The position numbers and the translations under genes are program-made. Shown piece after piece: positions 36,140 through 50,745 of a DNA stretch of 64,000 nucleotides; positions within the stretch are counted from its first letter, which is position 1, and every line of letters begins with the position of its first letter. A model generated the notes under the pieces. It searched no databases and was not told the origin of the DNA. It saw nothing but the letters and a program-made list of their open reading frames with translations. The stretch is from assembly GCF_023055435.1 (NCBI RefSeq), contig NW_025963846.1, positions 26,536,001 to 26,600,000 on the forward strand, given 5' to 3'. The stretch is from Haliotis rufescens. Taxonomy: Eukaryota.

Positions 36140-36320
36140 CAAACAAGCTTGAATAAATGGAGCTTTGATGGCTAATTGGTTGAATTGCTTTAACAAGAAG
36201 AAGACAAGAGATGATCGACATGTGTTGTTACTGTTAGACAATGCCCCCAGCCATCTTATCCCTGAGCACGTGTCAAATGTCAAAATCCATTTCCTGCCAC
36301 CTACAACACCAAGTCACGAA
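36140..36320 (+). mobile_element. pogo/Tigger DDE_1 transposase fragment
   Basis: RHVLLLLDNAPSH...NVKIHFLPP motif. Confidence 0.75.
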
Positions 36321-37066
36321 TATCCCCATGCATACCGGTACAATTCATGCTGAGCTGGACTAGATCCAAAACGAACATTTTTTTCCAGTCACAACGGACG
36401 AGTGGAATATGCCATTGATAATCACGGCCATATTATAACCATACCCAGAACTGCACATATCCTACCTGATACCGAAAGTGACTTATAAGACAACAGGGAA
36501 AATTCCTTAATGGTAATACATAATGGTCATTAAAAACTCGATTTTAGCGGTTAAGTACTCTTTACAACCAAAGTGAGACATTGTGAATACACTTCCATAA
36601 ATGTAAACAAGAATCCGCTATTTTATTTCTGTATGTCAGGGAGCCTGCGTCGCTGCTTGCAACTACATCATTGATTTATTTGCTATTACAACTGCTACTG
36701 TATTTTGTACCACCATTGGAATTGTACTACCATTGAATTTTGTTCTAGCACTCTATTGTGTATGGCTTAACTTATTTAATTGTAATTACTTTACAGAAAT
36801 TTGTGTTCCTTGTAAACCTAGTTAATTTTGTAAAACAATTGTTCATCGTATAAGTCTTCCTGGTACACTTCCTGGTAGCTCAAGACCCCCACTGTAAACA
36901 CCGACCTTCTGTGAAGTGGAAAAGGGTTCTTTGTGAAACTGGTGTGCAACAGCCTGTCGCTCCAGCATATTGAATTGTAACAACTTCCCCCAATACGCTT
37001 TTAACATCAGAAGTGAGGTTAAATGGGGTCCAAGATGACTGCCCTTATATAGCGACGTTCATGAAC

Positions 37067-37077
37067 GTGTGTGTGTG

Positions 37078-37133
<56 letters not shown>

Positions 37134-37149
37134 TGTGTGTGTGTGTGTG
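37067..37149. repeat. (GT)n/(GCGT)n microsatellite
   Basis: Directly visible. Confidence 0.95.
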
Positions 37150-37714
37150 AAACCGAGATTGCTTCATGACATGAAAGACAGGCACAGATGCCAATTCATT
37201 ACTGATAAATTAAACCCTGAAACACCTGTAAAACATAAATATATGCTCTCATCAAATCGCAAATCGCAGCAATATTGCTACCAACAGATAGATTATGTTA
37301 TTGCAGAGTAAATTAAAACATTTCTAAAATATAATAGTAAAACCCTGATACATTCATACATTACACATTCATATGTATCAATATGTATCCTGGCAACACA
37401 TGTATTTCACATCCTTGCTTTCCTTGTTCACATGAGCATACATCAGCTTCATAGTACTTGAAGATTTAGTTTAATAATGATATATTATGTACCTTACTTA
37501 AATAATAGCACTTGTAATGCATACAGAAACACAACTTGTTACCGTGATGCAACCAATATTGACAAAACAGGACAAAACAGCCAAATGATCAACAACATAA
37601 ACATAATATCCCTACAAATCCTAGGAATGCGTACAAACTATAAAATATCAACAAAAAACTAACCTTTAGAAATGAATGAATCACAAGACTTGTCTAATTG
37701 TGAATACATTGTCC

Positions 37715-38053
37715 AACACTGTCAAATACTATATGTTTGATCTTCTTGTTGTAACATCAAATGAAATATAAACTGTAATATATCTAAACCCTTTAAACTG
37801 GACTGTCAAATACTATATGTGTGATCGTCTGGTAGTAACATCAAATGTGATATAAACTGTAATATAACTTAACCCTTTAAACTGGACTGTCAAATACTAT
37901 ATGTGTGATCGTCTGGTGGTAACATCAAATGCGATATAAACTGTAATATAACTAAACCCTTTAAACGGGACTGTCAAATACTATATGTGTGATCGTCTGG
38001 TAGTAACATCAAATGTGATATAAACTGTAATATAACTAAACCCTTTAAACTGG
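37715..38053. repeat. 84-bp tandem repeat, about 4 copies
   Basis: gactgtcaaatactatatgtgtgatcgtctgg recurs at 37801, 37885 and 37969. Confidence 0.9.
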
Positions 38054-38788
38054 AGACAGTAAGTTGCAACGTTGAACACAAAGGAGCAGTAAGGGGCGCG
38101 CCTAGGCTGGCTATTGTGTGATCGTGCACTAGGTGATTGAGGCTGTGGCAAATTACTCATGGAGTGCGCTTAAACAGGGAATTAGAAAATCTTAATACAA
38201 CATTAAAACAACATCAAAGCCCAGTGTACACATCATTAAGTGTCATATCATTCACTTAATGTTACTTTATCATATTCCAGCAAAACTATACAAGAAATAA
38301 AGTTAGCGTGACCAGAGGACGTTTTCTCTAAATATGTCGGACGTTTTCTCTAACGCAGCGGCGGTTTTCTCTAACTGACCAGCGGTCGTTTTCGCGGGCG
38401 GACGTTTTCTCCAGTTCCCTATCACGGCGTGTCAGTTTATGTGGGACGAAAGTCCAAAGTGATATGGGCCGTTTACAACATTGATTAAAACCACAGGCAC
38501 AGGAATGGTGCTGACAGATCTGGAAACATAATTGGGGGGAACCTGGATTTGGACCGACGAGGTCCGAAGGTTTTTTATGTTCCCAAGGTACGCACCTCTG
38601 AACAGCGAATTTCCCCTGATCACTTGACAATAGCATCACTTATTTAAGAAATAGACGGAGTTGTTTATCGCACAATGAAACTTATTCATGCCATGAACTA
38701 CCACGCGGGCAGTCATGCATTCATTTCTGCGCATAACTCAGATGTAACAGTAAATGCAGTCAAAGGTTCGGGAGCATGCAAGTCGACG

Positions 38789-38842
38789 CTGGTAACGTCA
38801 CAACTTCCTGGTTAAGGAGTTCTGGATCGTGGTTGTTCAGTT
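38789..38842 (+). promoter_or_regulatory. Putative core promoter of gene copy B (CRE-like + ETS, Inr)
   Basis: Same 24-bp motif as at 32001; TCAGTT at 38837. Confidence 0.5.
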
Positions 38843-38874
38843 GATGGGGAAGAGGTGAGTGGTGAAGGATGGCA

Positions 38875-38948
38875 ATGAAGCTGGTATTCTGTGGTTTTGT
38901 CTTAATTCTTCTCCAGTTCCACGGCGTTGACGGACTTGCGGAAAATGG
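38875..38948 (+). CDS. Gene copy B exon 1, signal peptide (MKLVFCGFVLILLQFHGVDGLAEN)
   Basis: gtaagt donor in phase 2; splices in frame to 51914 giving ...LAENGINVITNV. Confidence 0.8.
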
Positions 38949-40249
38949 GTAAGTGGCAATCAAGTTAAGATAATATTGAAATGTAGTAGTTTTTGTTAAT
39001 GGAAAAAGGACAATTTAACTTAATTTAAAGTGTCTGAGCGTTTGTTTTCTTATCGTGTTTAACTGGCATGTTTATCTCATTGAGTGACCTCACAAAATCA
39101 ATATTTATGGAGCAGCCAACCTTTTTCAGGTCACGAGATTGGATGAACAGTTATATGACAAGACGAATATTCTATTTATTATGTAGTTTTCTGACTCATG
39201 TGATCATTGAAGCATACTGAACATAGTTCCAGCATAAAATGTTATTTCACTCACATGAGAAGTCAGTTGAACATTGAGATAACCGCAGTGTTTCATCCCT
39301 AAACGCATACTGCCGAACATTACATGTATATTTTCTCTCTTATTACCTTGGGAGGTCATCCACAGATACGCAATAACCCAATACCTAGCTCTCGGCCCAC
39401 GTATATTCTTTGTGCATTTGCCAGTGATATATAGGTCAGTTGTATTTAACTCTGATGGAAAGTGCCTGTCGGTTGTGAGCTGTACTGCTTCCGTGTGCAT
39501 TGATACGTTCATACGACACTGGGTGGGAAAACGAGCAGTTTCCAAATACGGAGGCAATACATGGGATCACTCCAGATCATGCCCATAATATGTAGGGCCA
39601 ATGTCAGATTTAATTTTGCTACAACACTACCAAAACCAGGAATAGTACATGCGAGTTGATAAATACAAAACGTCGAAGCCTGTGAATAACTGCCTCGATA
39701 AAATGAGGAAAGAGATTCAATTGTGGGTGAAAGTCAAAACAAGCGTGCTTCTGTCAGCCCTCACACTTCTGTGGGCGAGTTCACCCGTATCCTTGAATAC
39801 ATGTAAGGCCGCCAGAGGGCTTTGTGTTGACACACTGCGGCATTATGGGTAGACCCTGGGTAAATGCAGAGAAATACCTTGTGTTAAATGAAGAGATGCG
39901 TTACCTTCGTGCAAGATATCGATTCAATGTATTACCGTCAAATCTTCATGTACGTATCTCGACATTGACAACACTTGGTTGCCTTTGACTATATTGCCCA
40001 CGTCCGTACAAAAGTCAATATACCTTTTCTTTAAGTTTATTATTTGAAAACTGACGTTTGATAAAGCTTTTATTGTACGTTCGTATGTATACTCACACGC
40101 AAAATAAACGCAAGTCGAGTATGCAGTATACATGTTATTTATTTTCAGCAGTTAAGACAAAAAATACTAATAGGGCAAGATTGACAACAAATTGACTGAA
40201 GACAGTTTAATGGATTAAAAGGCAGATGACATAATTGCTTTTTCAAATG

Positions 40250-41300
40250 TTAAGGGCTTACACAGTGTGACCACCAGCATTGATCAGTGCCACACAGCTC
40301 CTGTACATTGATTTGTGAAGGTCCTAGGGATCCTCCTGCTCACATCCAGAGCAACTGTGCGTAGTTCATCGGCAGTTGTAGGGACTGGGCGTACATTGTG
40401 CAGACGCCTTTGAACCTCATTCCACAAGTGTTCGAAGGGGTTCAGATCAGGGCTGAGGGCTGGCAACGGTAGAACACGTTTGTTGTGTTGTTGCAGGAAG
40501 GCCATGGTAGCTCTGGCAACATGGGGACGAGCGTTGTCCTGCTCGAAAATGTGTTGTTGATGCTGTGCAAAAAATGGAACAACGAGGGGTCTGATCACTT
40601 GGTCGATATACCGCTGAGCAGTGACGCCGTATCCCCGACCTTGACCAACATTCAGAAAGCACATGGGTCCAAGTCTCGCATTAAGTCCAATCCCTGCCCA
40701 TATCATGACGCTAGGTCCACCCCATGGATCCATTTCCACAACGTTTCAGCGAAACGATCACCTCGACGTCGCCAAATTCCGACTCTTCCATCTGCATGGG
40801 AGACACAAAAGCGACTTTCATCAGAGAAGATGATGCAAATTGTGATGACCCTGTGCCCACTGAAGTCCTGCTTGTCGATGCCGTGGTTGGAGAACAGGAC
40901 GACATGCTGGTCGGCAAAATCTGAGGTTGTTGTAACGGAGACGTCGGATCACAGTGTCCCGACTAATGTGTCGATTATGTGTTCCTATGGTCTGTCGAGC
41001 ACTTTCACTTGCAGTTAGGTACGGATGTCGTTGGTGTTGACGGGTAATCTGCCGATCTTGTCGATGTGTGGTGACCCTAGGAAGACCGCTCCAAGGAAGC
41101 TCATCTGTGGTCTGTGTAGCATTGTATCGATGCAGGAGACGGCAAATTGTGGTTATGTTAACGTCGAAATGATGGACAACATCTTGGACAGACTCTCCAG
41201 CTTCCAAACGTCCGATAGCCTGGTTTCTCTGAATTTGAGTTAGGCGTGGCATTGTTGACCAAGGAGTGGTAGGTCAAAGAATCGGCAACAGTTTTATACC
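40250..41300 (-). mobile_element. Tc1 transposase pseudogene
   Basis: MPRLTQIQRNQAIGRLEAG HTH start at 41252; FSDESRF in a shifted frame; QDNARPH and SPDLNPFEH; frameshifts. Confidence 0.92.
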
Positions 41301-41394
41301 CACTACAGTTCGTGGCATTTTCGATTTCGTGAGAAATGGGTGCATGATACCCACATATTCATTGAAATGGTGCGTTTTGGCGATTCGTTTTTTA

Positions 41395-44300
41395 TGTTGC
41401 CCACATGTCCCTACTGTTGCCGAGATGTCCCTTCTGTTGGCGACCTGTCCTTACAGTTGGCGACATGTCCCTACTGTTGCCGACATGTCTCCATACTAAT
41501 GCCGACCTTTACCAACTCTTGCCGACATGTCCCTACTGTTAAAGACATGTCCCCACTATTGCCGACATGTCCCTACTATTGCCACCATGTCCCAACTGTT
41601 GCTGACATGGCCCAAATGTGGGTGACCTATCCATACTAATGCCGACCTCTCCTAAATGCCTTCTGTGGCCAACATGTCCCATTTCTTGCCGACATGTCCA
41701 AACTGTTGCTGATATGTCCCAACTGTTGCCGACATATCCCAGCTGTTTCCGACATGTCCCAAATGTCACCGACATGTCCCATCTGTTGCCGACCTCTCCA
41801 TACCAATGTCAACCTTACCTACTGTTGCAGAAATGTCCCTACTGATGCCAACATGTCCCTATTGTTGTCCACATGTCCCTACTGTTGCCGACCTGTCCAT
41901 ACTGATGCCGACCTTACCTACTGTTGCCGAAATGTCCCTACTGATGCCGACATATCCCTACTGTTGCCGACATGTCCCTACTGTTCCCGACATGTCCCAA
42001 TTATAGCCGACATCTCCCTACTGTTGTCCACATGTCCCTACTGTTGCCGACCTGCTCTTACTGTTGCCGACTTGTCCATACTGATGCCGAACTTTACCTA
42101 CTGTTGCCGACATCTCCCTACTGATGCCAACCTGTCCTTACTGTTGTCCACATGTCCCTACTGTTGCTGACCTGCTCTTACTGTTGCCGACTTGTCCATA
42201 CTGATGCCGAACTTTACCTACTGTTGCCGACATCTCCCTACTGATGCCAACCTGCCCCTACTGTTGTCCACATGTCCCTACTGTTGCCGACCTGCTCTTA
42301 CTGTTGCCGACTTGTCCATACTGATGCCGAACTTTACCTACTGTTGCCGACATCTCCCTACTGATGCCAACCTGTCCCTACTGTTGTCCACATGTCCCTA
42401 CTGTTGCTGACCTGCTCTTACTGATGCCGAATTTTACCTACTGTTGCCGACATCTCCCTACTGATGCCAACCTGCCCCTACTGTTGTCCTCATGTCCCTA
42501 CTGTTGCCGACCTGCTCTAACTGTTGCCGACTTCTCCATACTGATGCCGAACTTTACCTACTGTTGCCGACATCTCCCTACTTTTGCCAACCTGTCCCTA
42601 CTGTTGCCGACATGTCCCTACTGATGCCAATCTGTCCCTACTGTTGTCCACATGTCCCTACTGTTGCCGACATGTCCCTACTGTTGCCGACCTGCTCTTA
42701 CTGTTGCCGACTTTTCCATACAGATGCCGAGCTTTACCTACTGTTGCCGACATCTCCCTACTGATGCTAACCTGTCCATACTGTTGTCCACATGTCCCTA
42801 CTGTTGCCGACATCTCCCTACTGTTGCCGACATGTCCCTACTGTTGCTGTCATGTCCCAACTGTTGGCAACCTTACCTACAGTTTCTGAAATGTCCCTAC
42901 TGATGCCGACATGTCCCTACTGTTGCCCACATGTCCCAACTGTTGCCGACTTCTCCCTACTGTTACCGACATGTACCTACTGTTGCCGACATGTCCCAAC
43001 TGTTGCTGATATGTCCCTACTGTTGAAAACATGTCCCAACTGTTTCTGACATGGCCGAAATGTTGGAAACCTATCCATACTAGTGCTGACCTTTACCTAC
43101 TGTTGCCGACCTCTCCCAAATGATGCTGACATATTTCTTTCTGTGGCCAGCTGTTGCCGACATGTCCAAAATGTTACCGACATGTCCCTACTGTTGCTGT
43201 CATGTCCCTACTGTTGCCGACCTCTCCATACCAATGCCAACCTCACCTACTGTTGCAGACTAGTCCCTAACGATGCCAACATGTCCCTTCTGTTGCCAAC
43301 ATGTCCCAACTGTCCCTGACATGTCCCAACTGTTGCCGACCTGTCCATACTGATGCCGACCTGCTCTTACTGTTTCCGACCTCTCCTTAATGATGCCGTC
43401 ATGTCCCATCTGTTACCGACTTGTCCTTACTCTTGTCAACATTTCACAACTTTTGCCGACCAGTCCTTACTGTTGCCGACATGTCCCTACTGTTGCCAAC
43501 ATGTCCCAACTGTTGCCTACCTGTCCATACTAATTCCAACCTTACCTACTGTTGCCGACATATCCCTACTATTACCGACATGTACCTACTGTTGCCGGTT
43601 TCTCCTTACTGTTACGGACATGTCCCCACTATTGCCGACATGTCCCAACTGTTGCTGACATGGCCCAATTGTGGGTGACCTAATGCCGACCTTTACCTAC
43701 TGTTGCCGACTTCTCCCAAATGATGCTGACATATCCCTACTGATGCCAACCTGCCCCTACTGTTGTCCACATGTGCCTACTGTTGCCGACCTGCTCTTAC
43801 TGTTGCCGACAAGTCCTTAATGATGCCGTCATGTCCCATCTCTTACCGACATATCCTTACTCTTTTTTTTCTTTTACACATGGGCTATACAATGTAATAC
43901 ATAGGCAGTAAACAAAAGTTGAGAACAGAATTATTGTGTGGGAAACAAAAGATGACAAGATGACCAAAATTTGAAGAATTTATCGATACTATTACTTATG
44001 AGAGCTGTGTATTTTGTAAGCATGTAATATTCGTAAATCTCTTTTTTAAGAAACTGGAAGTTCGGTACCTTTTTTGAATATCTATATTTAAAAATTACGA
44101 ATTTGCAAAGTAAGATAATTACATTTATAGGATCGTTGTGTCGCTGATCAGATCCAAGCAGAATGTTTTTTCTTGTTAATGTGAGTTTAACCTGAATCTC
44201 ATCTGATAGCCACTCTTCCAGTTTTTGCCATATGGGTTTCACTTTGCTACAGTCTGCCAGTGCATGGGAAACAGATTCTATACTATTTGAACAAAAACTA

Positions 44301-47300
44301 CATGACTCCGAATCAACCAGTCGCATTTTAAAAAGTCTTTTGTTTGTTGGTAGTATATGATGTAATACTTTATACTGGAACCATTGTAGTTCAGTATCGT
44401 TTTCTAAAATATGGTTCCATTTTGCACAATGTTGGTTATTGACATTAATTTTTTTCATCAAGGTTCTGTAGTATGACTGGCTATTGCCATTCAGTAGTTC
44501 AGACAGATATGTAGGTATGAATGGCTTTTGATAGGTCTGTATGTCCTTAAAGTCGAAAAAGTGTATTGAGCAATACTGTTTTAGTGCGCTTATTATTCCT
44601 CTATTTCTTAAAAAGGTGGTGTTCACATTGTATTTGTCTTTAAACTGTTCATATGATAGATAGTTTCCGTTTTTGTACAAAAGGTCATTGACATAGTGTA
44701 CACCCCTTTCGCTCCAATTTGGATAGTGAACTACTTTATTATCTATTAGAATATTTTTATTGTTCCAAATGACTTCTGAGGCTTTAGTATTAGTAACTAA
44801 CTTGGATGTGTTGACAATGGATGTAAAATCCCACCAGGCTGAGAGAAGATCGCTGTAAAATGTATTACGAATCAACGGACTGAGAGCATCTTTAAGATTC
44901 GAACAATTATATTCAAATATTTCTGCAGAACCTAGTTTCGGTAAATTGGCTTTGAATAATTTGCCCCATTTAGATGTCTGTTTATAATATCGTTTAATTA
45001 CTGTGATTTTTTGAGACTGTATAATTTCTTTAAGTTTAGGAGCGTTTAATCCTCCATCTTTCACACCGCAGGTGAGTTGAGTTCTTTTTATTTTATCTGG
45101 TTTATTTCCCCATATAAATCTAAAGCATGTTTTTTCAAATTTTTCAATTACACTTTCTGGGGGGTTAGGTATAGAAGCAAAAAGATGGTTTAGTTTTGGA
45201 ATGATTAGAGATTTTAATACAGTGATCCTTCCAAGAGGTGATAGATTCGACCAGACCAGATATGCATTTGTGACTCACAGTGTCTCAACTTCTCTTTCTA
45301 ATTAGAATCTATCATGTTTTCCAAGTTCAAAGTTACCTTGATCCCAATTTAGTTTCCAAGTATGGCATATTTTCATTCTACTGCGTTTTTTGGAACCAAA
45401 CCAAATAATTCTTGTTTTTTCGACATTGACTTTAAGTCCGGAGAATCTTGCAAAAAATGTTAGTACTTGTAGCACTGATTCTAGACTGCGTTCTGAACCA
45501 TCTAAGACGCATGATGTGTCATCAGCAAACTGATTCAATAGGTATTCAATATTATCTACCTTACTTCATTTTATATTTGCTTTGTTTCTTATCATAATTG
45601 CTAATATTTCCGCACAAAGGATAAACAGATAAGGGGATAAAGGGTCCCCCTGACGACAACCTCTAGAAATGTTAAAGGTAGCTGAGCCAAAGCCATTTAC
45701 GAGAACACTAGATTTAATATTGCTATAAAATATCTTTACCCATTTTTGTATAGATTGTCCAAAGTTAAAAAAACGTTAAAACCTTATGTAAGAAGGGTCA
45801 TTCAACCGTATCGAAAGCTTTCTCAAAGTCTACCAACAAAAGAAGGCCAGGAATTTGGTAGGTATCAGTATATTCTATTAAGTCATATATTTGTCTTGTA
45901 ATATCTCCTATGTTTCTACCCGACATAAATCCTTTCTGGTCTTCATTTATTAATAGGTCGAGAACCGATTTAATACGACGTGATATTGCTAAAGAAGCTA
46001 TTTTGTAAAATACAGATAGTAACGAAATTGGGCGCCAATTCTTGAAATACTGTTTTGGCTTATTCCCTTTAGGAAAACAGGTTATAAGTCCTAATTTTTG
46101 AGAAATAGAAAGTTCGCCTTTTTCAAAACCACAGTTAAGTGATCCTACAAGAAATTTTCCAATGTCTTTCCAAAAGAATTTTATAAATTCCGCCGTACAT
46201 CCAACAGGGCCAGGACTCTCTTCATTCTTAAGATATTTTAGAGCAGTAAGTACTTCAGTTTCTGTTAATTTGCCTTCGAGACAGTTGGAAGTGCTTTCGT
46301 CTAGTTTTGGAACGTCATATTCACTAAGAATCTGCCCAAGATTAACTTCAGAGACTTCCTTACTCTTGCCAACATTTCACAACTGTTGCTGACATGTACA
46401 TTCTGTTGCCGACCAGTCCTTACTGTTGCCGACATGTCCCTACTGTTGCCGACATGTCCCTACTGTTGCCGACCTGTCCCTACTGTTGCCGACCTGTCTC
46501 AACTGTTGCCGACATGTCCCTAATGTTGCTGTCATGTCCCTACTGTTGCCGACCTGTCCCTACTGTTGCCGACCTGTCTCAACTGTTGCCGACATGTCCC
46601 TACTGTTGCCGACATGTCCCTACTGTTGCCGACATGTCCCTACTGTTGCCGACATGTCCCTACTGTTGCCGACATGTCCCTACTGTTGCCGACATGTCCC
46701 TAATGTTGCTGACATGTCCCTACTGTTGCCGACCTGTCTCTACTGTTGCCGACCTGTCTCAACTGTTGCCGACATGTCCCTACTGTTGCCGACATGTCCC
46801 TACTGTTGCCGATATGTCCCTACTGTTGCCGACATGTCCCTACTGTTGCCGACATGTCCCTACTGTTGCCGACCTGTCTCAACTGTTGCCGACATGTCCC
46901 TAATGTTGCTGTCATGTCCGAACTGTTGCCGACATGTCCTTACTCTTGCCAACATTTCACAACTGTTGCCGACCTGTCCTTACTGTTGCCGACCTGCCTT
47001 ATTATTGACGGCCTGTCCTTACTGTTGTTCACATGTCCCCACTGTTGCCGACATGTCCCTACTGTTGCCGACCTGTCTCAACTGTTGCCGACATGTCCCA
47101 ACTATTGCCGACATGTCCGTAATGTTGCTGTCATGTCCGAACTGTTGCCCACATGTCCTTACTCTTGCCAACATTTCACAACAGTTGCCGGCCTGTCCTT
47201 ACTATTGACGGCCTGTCCTTACTGTTATCCACATGTCCCTACTGTTGCCAACATTTCCCAACTGTTGCTGACCAGTACCTTACTGTCGCCGACATGTACC

Positions 47301-50300
47301 TTCTGCTGCCGACCTGTCCTTACTGTTTCCGACATGGCCAAACTGTTGCCGTCATGTCCCAACTATTGTAGACATGTCCCATCTTTTGCTGACATGTCCT
47401 ATCTCTTACCGACATGTCCTTACTCTTGCCAACATTTCACAACAGTTGCCCACCTGTCCTTACTGTTGCCGACCTGTCCTTACTGTTGACGGCATTTCCT
47501 TACTGTTTTCCACATGTCACTACTGTTGCCAACATTTCCCAACTGTTGCCGACCAGTACCTTACTGTTGCCGATATGTACCTTCTGCTGCCGACCGGTCC
47601 TTACTGTTGCTGACATGTCCCTACTGTTGCCAACCTCTCAATACTAATGCCAACCTTACGTACTGTTGCCGACATGTCGCTACTGTTGCCAACATTTCCC
47701 AACTGTTGCTGACATCGCCAAAATGTTCCTGACATGGCCCAACTGTTGCCGACTTCTCCCTACTGTTATGGACATGTCCCCACTATTGCCGACATGTCCC
47801 TACTGTTGAAGACATGTCCCCACTATTGCCGACATGTCCCTACTATTGCAAACATGTCCCAACTGTAGCTGACATGGCCCAAATGTGGGTGACCTTTCCA
47901 TACTAATGCCGACCTTTACTTACTGTTGCCGACCTCTCCCAAATGATGCTGACATATCACATACCTACTGAGGCAAACATGTCCCAACTGTTACCGATAT
48001 GTTCCAACTGTTCCCGACATATCCCAGCTTTTGCCGACATATCCCAAATGTAACCGACATGTCCCAACAGTTGCCAACATGTTCCTATTGTTGCCGACAT
48101 GTTCCTACTGTTGCCGACACGCCCCAACTGTTGCCGACATGCACCAACTGTTGCCGACATGTCCCAACTGTTGCCGACAACTCCCTCCTATTGCCGACAT
48201 GTTCCAACTTATGCCCACATGTCCCTACTGTTGCCGACATGTCCCAGCTTTTGCCGACATATCCCAAATGTAACCGACATGTCCCAACAGTTGCCAACAT
48301 GTTCCTATTGTTGCCGACATGTTCCTACTGTTGCCGACATGCACTAACTGTTGCCGACATGTCCCAACTGTTGCCGACATGTCCCAACTGTTGCCGACAA
48401 CTCCCTCCTATTGCCGACATGTTCAAACTTATGCCCACATGTCCCAACTGTTGCCGACATGCACCAACTGTTGCCGACATGTCCCAGGTTTTGCCGACAT
48501 ATCCCAAATGTAACCGACATGTCCCAACAGTTGCCAACATGTTCCTATTGTTGCCGACATGTTCCTACTGTTGCCGACACGTCCCAACTGTTGCCGACAT
48601 GCACCAACTGTTGCCGACATGTCCCAACTGTTGCCGACAACTCCCTCCTATTGCCGACATGTTCCAACTTATGCCCACATGTCCCTACTGTTGCCGACAT
48701 GTTCCAACTTATGCCCACATGTCCCTACTGTTGCCGACATGTCCCAACTGTTGCCGACATGCACCAACTGTTGCCGACATGTCCCAACTGTTGCCGACAA
48801 CTCCCTCCTATTGCCGACATGTTCCAACTTATGCCCACTTGTCCCTACTGTTGCCGACATGTCCCTCCTATTGCCGACAACTCCCTCCTATTGCCGACAT
48901 GTCCCTACTGTTGCCGACATGTTCCAACTTATGCCCACATGTCCGAACTGTTGCCGACATGCACCAACTGTTGCCAACATGTCCCAGCTTTTGCCGACAT
49001 ATCCCAAATGTAACCGACATGTCCCAACAGTTGCCAACATGTTCCTATTGTTGCCGACATGTTCCTACTGTTGCCGACACGTCCCAACTGTTGCCGACAT
49101 GCACCAACTGTTGCCGACATGTCCCAACTGTTGCCGACAACTCCCTCCTATTGCCGACATGTTCCAACTTATGCCCACATGTCCCTACTGTTGCCGACAT
49201 GTTCCAACTTATGCCCACATGTCCCTACTGTTGCCGACAAGTCCCCTGCTGCCGACATGTCCCTCCTGTTGCCGACATGTCCCAACTGTTGCCGACAACT
49301 CCCTCCTATTGCCGACATGTTCCAACTTATGCCCACTTGTCCCTACTGTTGCCGACATGTCCCTCCTATTGCCGACAACTCCCTCCTATTGCCGACATGT
49401 CCCTACCGTTAACGATATGTTCCTACTGTTGCCTACATGTCCCTACTGTTGCCGACATGTCCGAACCGTTGCCGACAACTCCCTCCTATTGCCGACATGT
49501 CCCTACTGTTGCCTACATGTCCCAACTATTACTGACATGTCCCTACTGTTGCCGACATGTACCTTCTGTTGGCGACCAGTCCTTTTTCTTCCCAACATTT
49601 TCCAACTGTTCCCGACCTGTCCTTAGAGTTGCCGACATGTCCCTACCGTTAACGACATGTTCCTACTGTTGCCTACATGTCCCTACTGTTGCCTACATGT
49701 CCCTACTGTTGCCGACATGTCCGAACCGTTGCCGATAACTCCCTCCTATTGCCGACATGACCCTACTGTTGTCACATGTCCCAACTATTACTGACATGTC
49801 GCTACTGTTGCCGACATGTACCTTCTGTTGGCGACCAGTCCTTTTTCTTCCCAACATTTTCCAACTGTTCCCGACCTGTCCTTAGAGTTGCCGACATGTC
49901 CCTACCGTTAACGACATGTTCCTACTGTTGCCGAACTGTCCCTACTGTTGCCTACATGTCCCTACTGTTGCCGACATGTCCGAACTGTTGCCGACATGTC
50001 TCAACTGTTGCCGACATGTACTCACTCTTGCCGAACTGTCCCTACCGTTAACGACATGTTCCTACTGTTGCCGAACTGTCCCTACTGTTGCCTACATGTC
50101 CCTACTGTTGCCGACATGTCCCAACTGTTGCCGACATGTCCCTACTGGTGCTGACATGTCCCTACGGTTGAAGACATGTCCATACTAATGCCGACCTTTA
50201 CCTACTATTGCGGCCATTACCCTACTGTTTTGCAGACCTGTCCTTACTGTTGCCGACATGTCCCTACTGTTGCTGACATCTCCCAACTGTTGCCGATATT

Positions 50301-50745
50301 TTTCAACTGTTCCCGGCCTGTCCTTAGTGTTGCCGACATGTCCCTACCGTTAACGACATAATCCTTCTGTTGTCGACCTGTCCCTATTGTTGCTGACATG
50401 TCCTTACTGTTGCCGACATGTCCCAACTATTGTAGACATGCCCCAACTTTTGCCGACATGTCCCTACTACTGCCAACATCATGTCCCTACTGTTGCCTAC
50501 ATGTCCCAACTATTGTAGACATGTCCCAACTTTTGCCGACATGTTCTTTCTGTTGCACACCAGTCCTTTTTCTTTCCAACTTTTCCCAACTGTTGCCGGC
50601 CTGTCCTTACTGACGACGACATGTCCCTACTGTTGGCTACATGTCCCAACTATAACCGACCTGTCCCTACTGTTGCCGATATGTACCTTCTCTTACCGAC
50701 CAGTCCATTTTGTTGCCAACATGTCCCAACCCGTCGCCGACATGC
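41395..50745. repeat. 20-bp minisatellite (tactgttgccgacatgtccc), about 6.8 kb net, with higher-order blocks, interrupted by a LINE
   Basis: Hundreds of units; 120-bp periodicity near 42.0-42.4 kb and 220-240-bp periodicity near 48.0-49.2 kb. Confidence 0.97.
43865..46356 (-). mobile_element. L1/Tx1-clade LINE, 5'-truncated, inserted in the minisatellite
   Basis: NWRPISLL, DFEKAFDTV, RQGDPLSPYLF, QFADD, zf-RVT CSFC...H...C; A-rich tail; TSD tccttactctt at 43854-43864 and 46357-46367. Confidence 0.93.
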
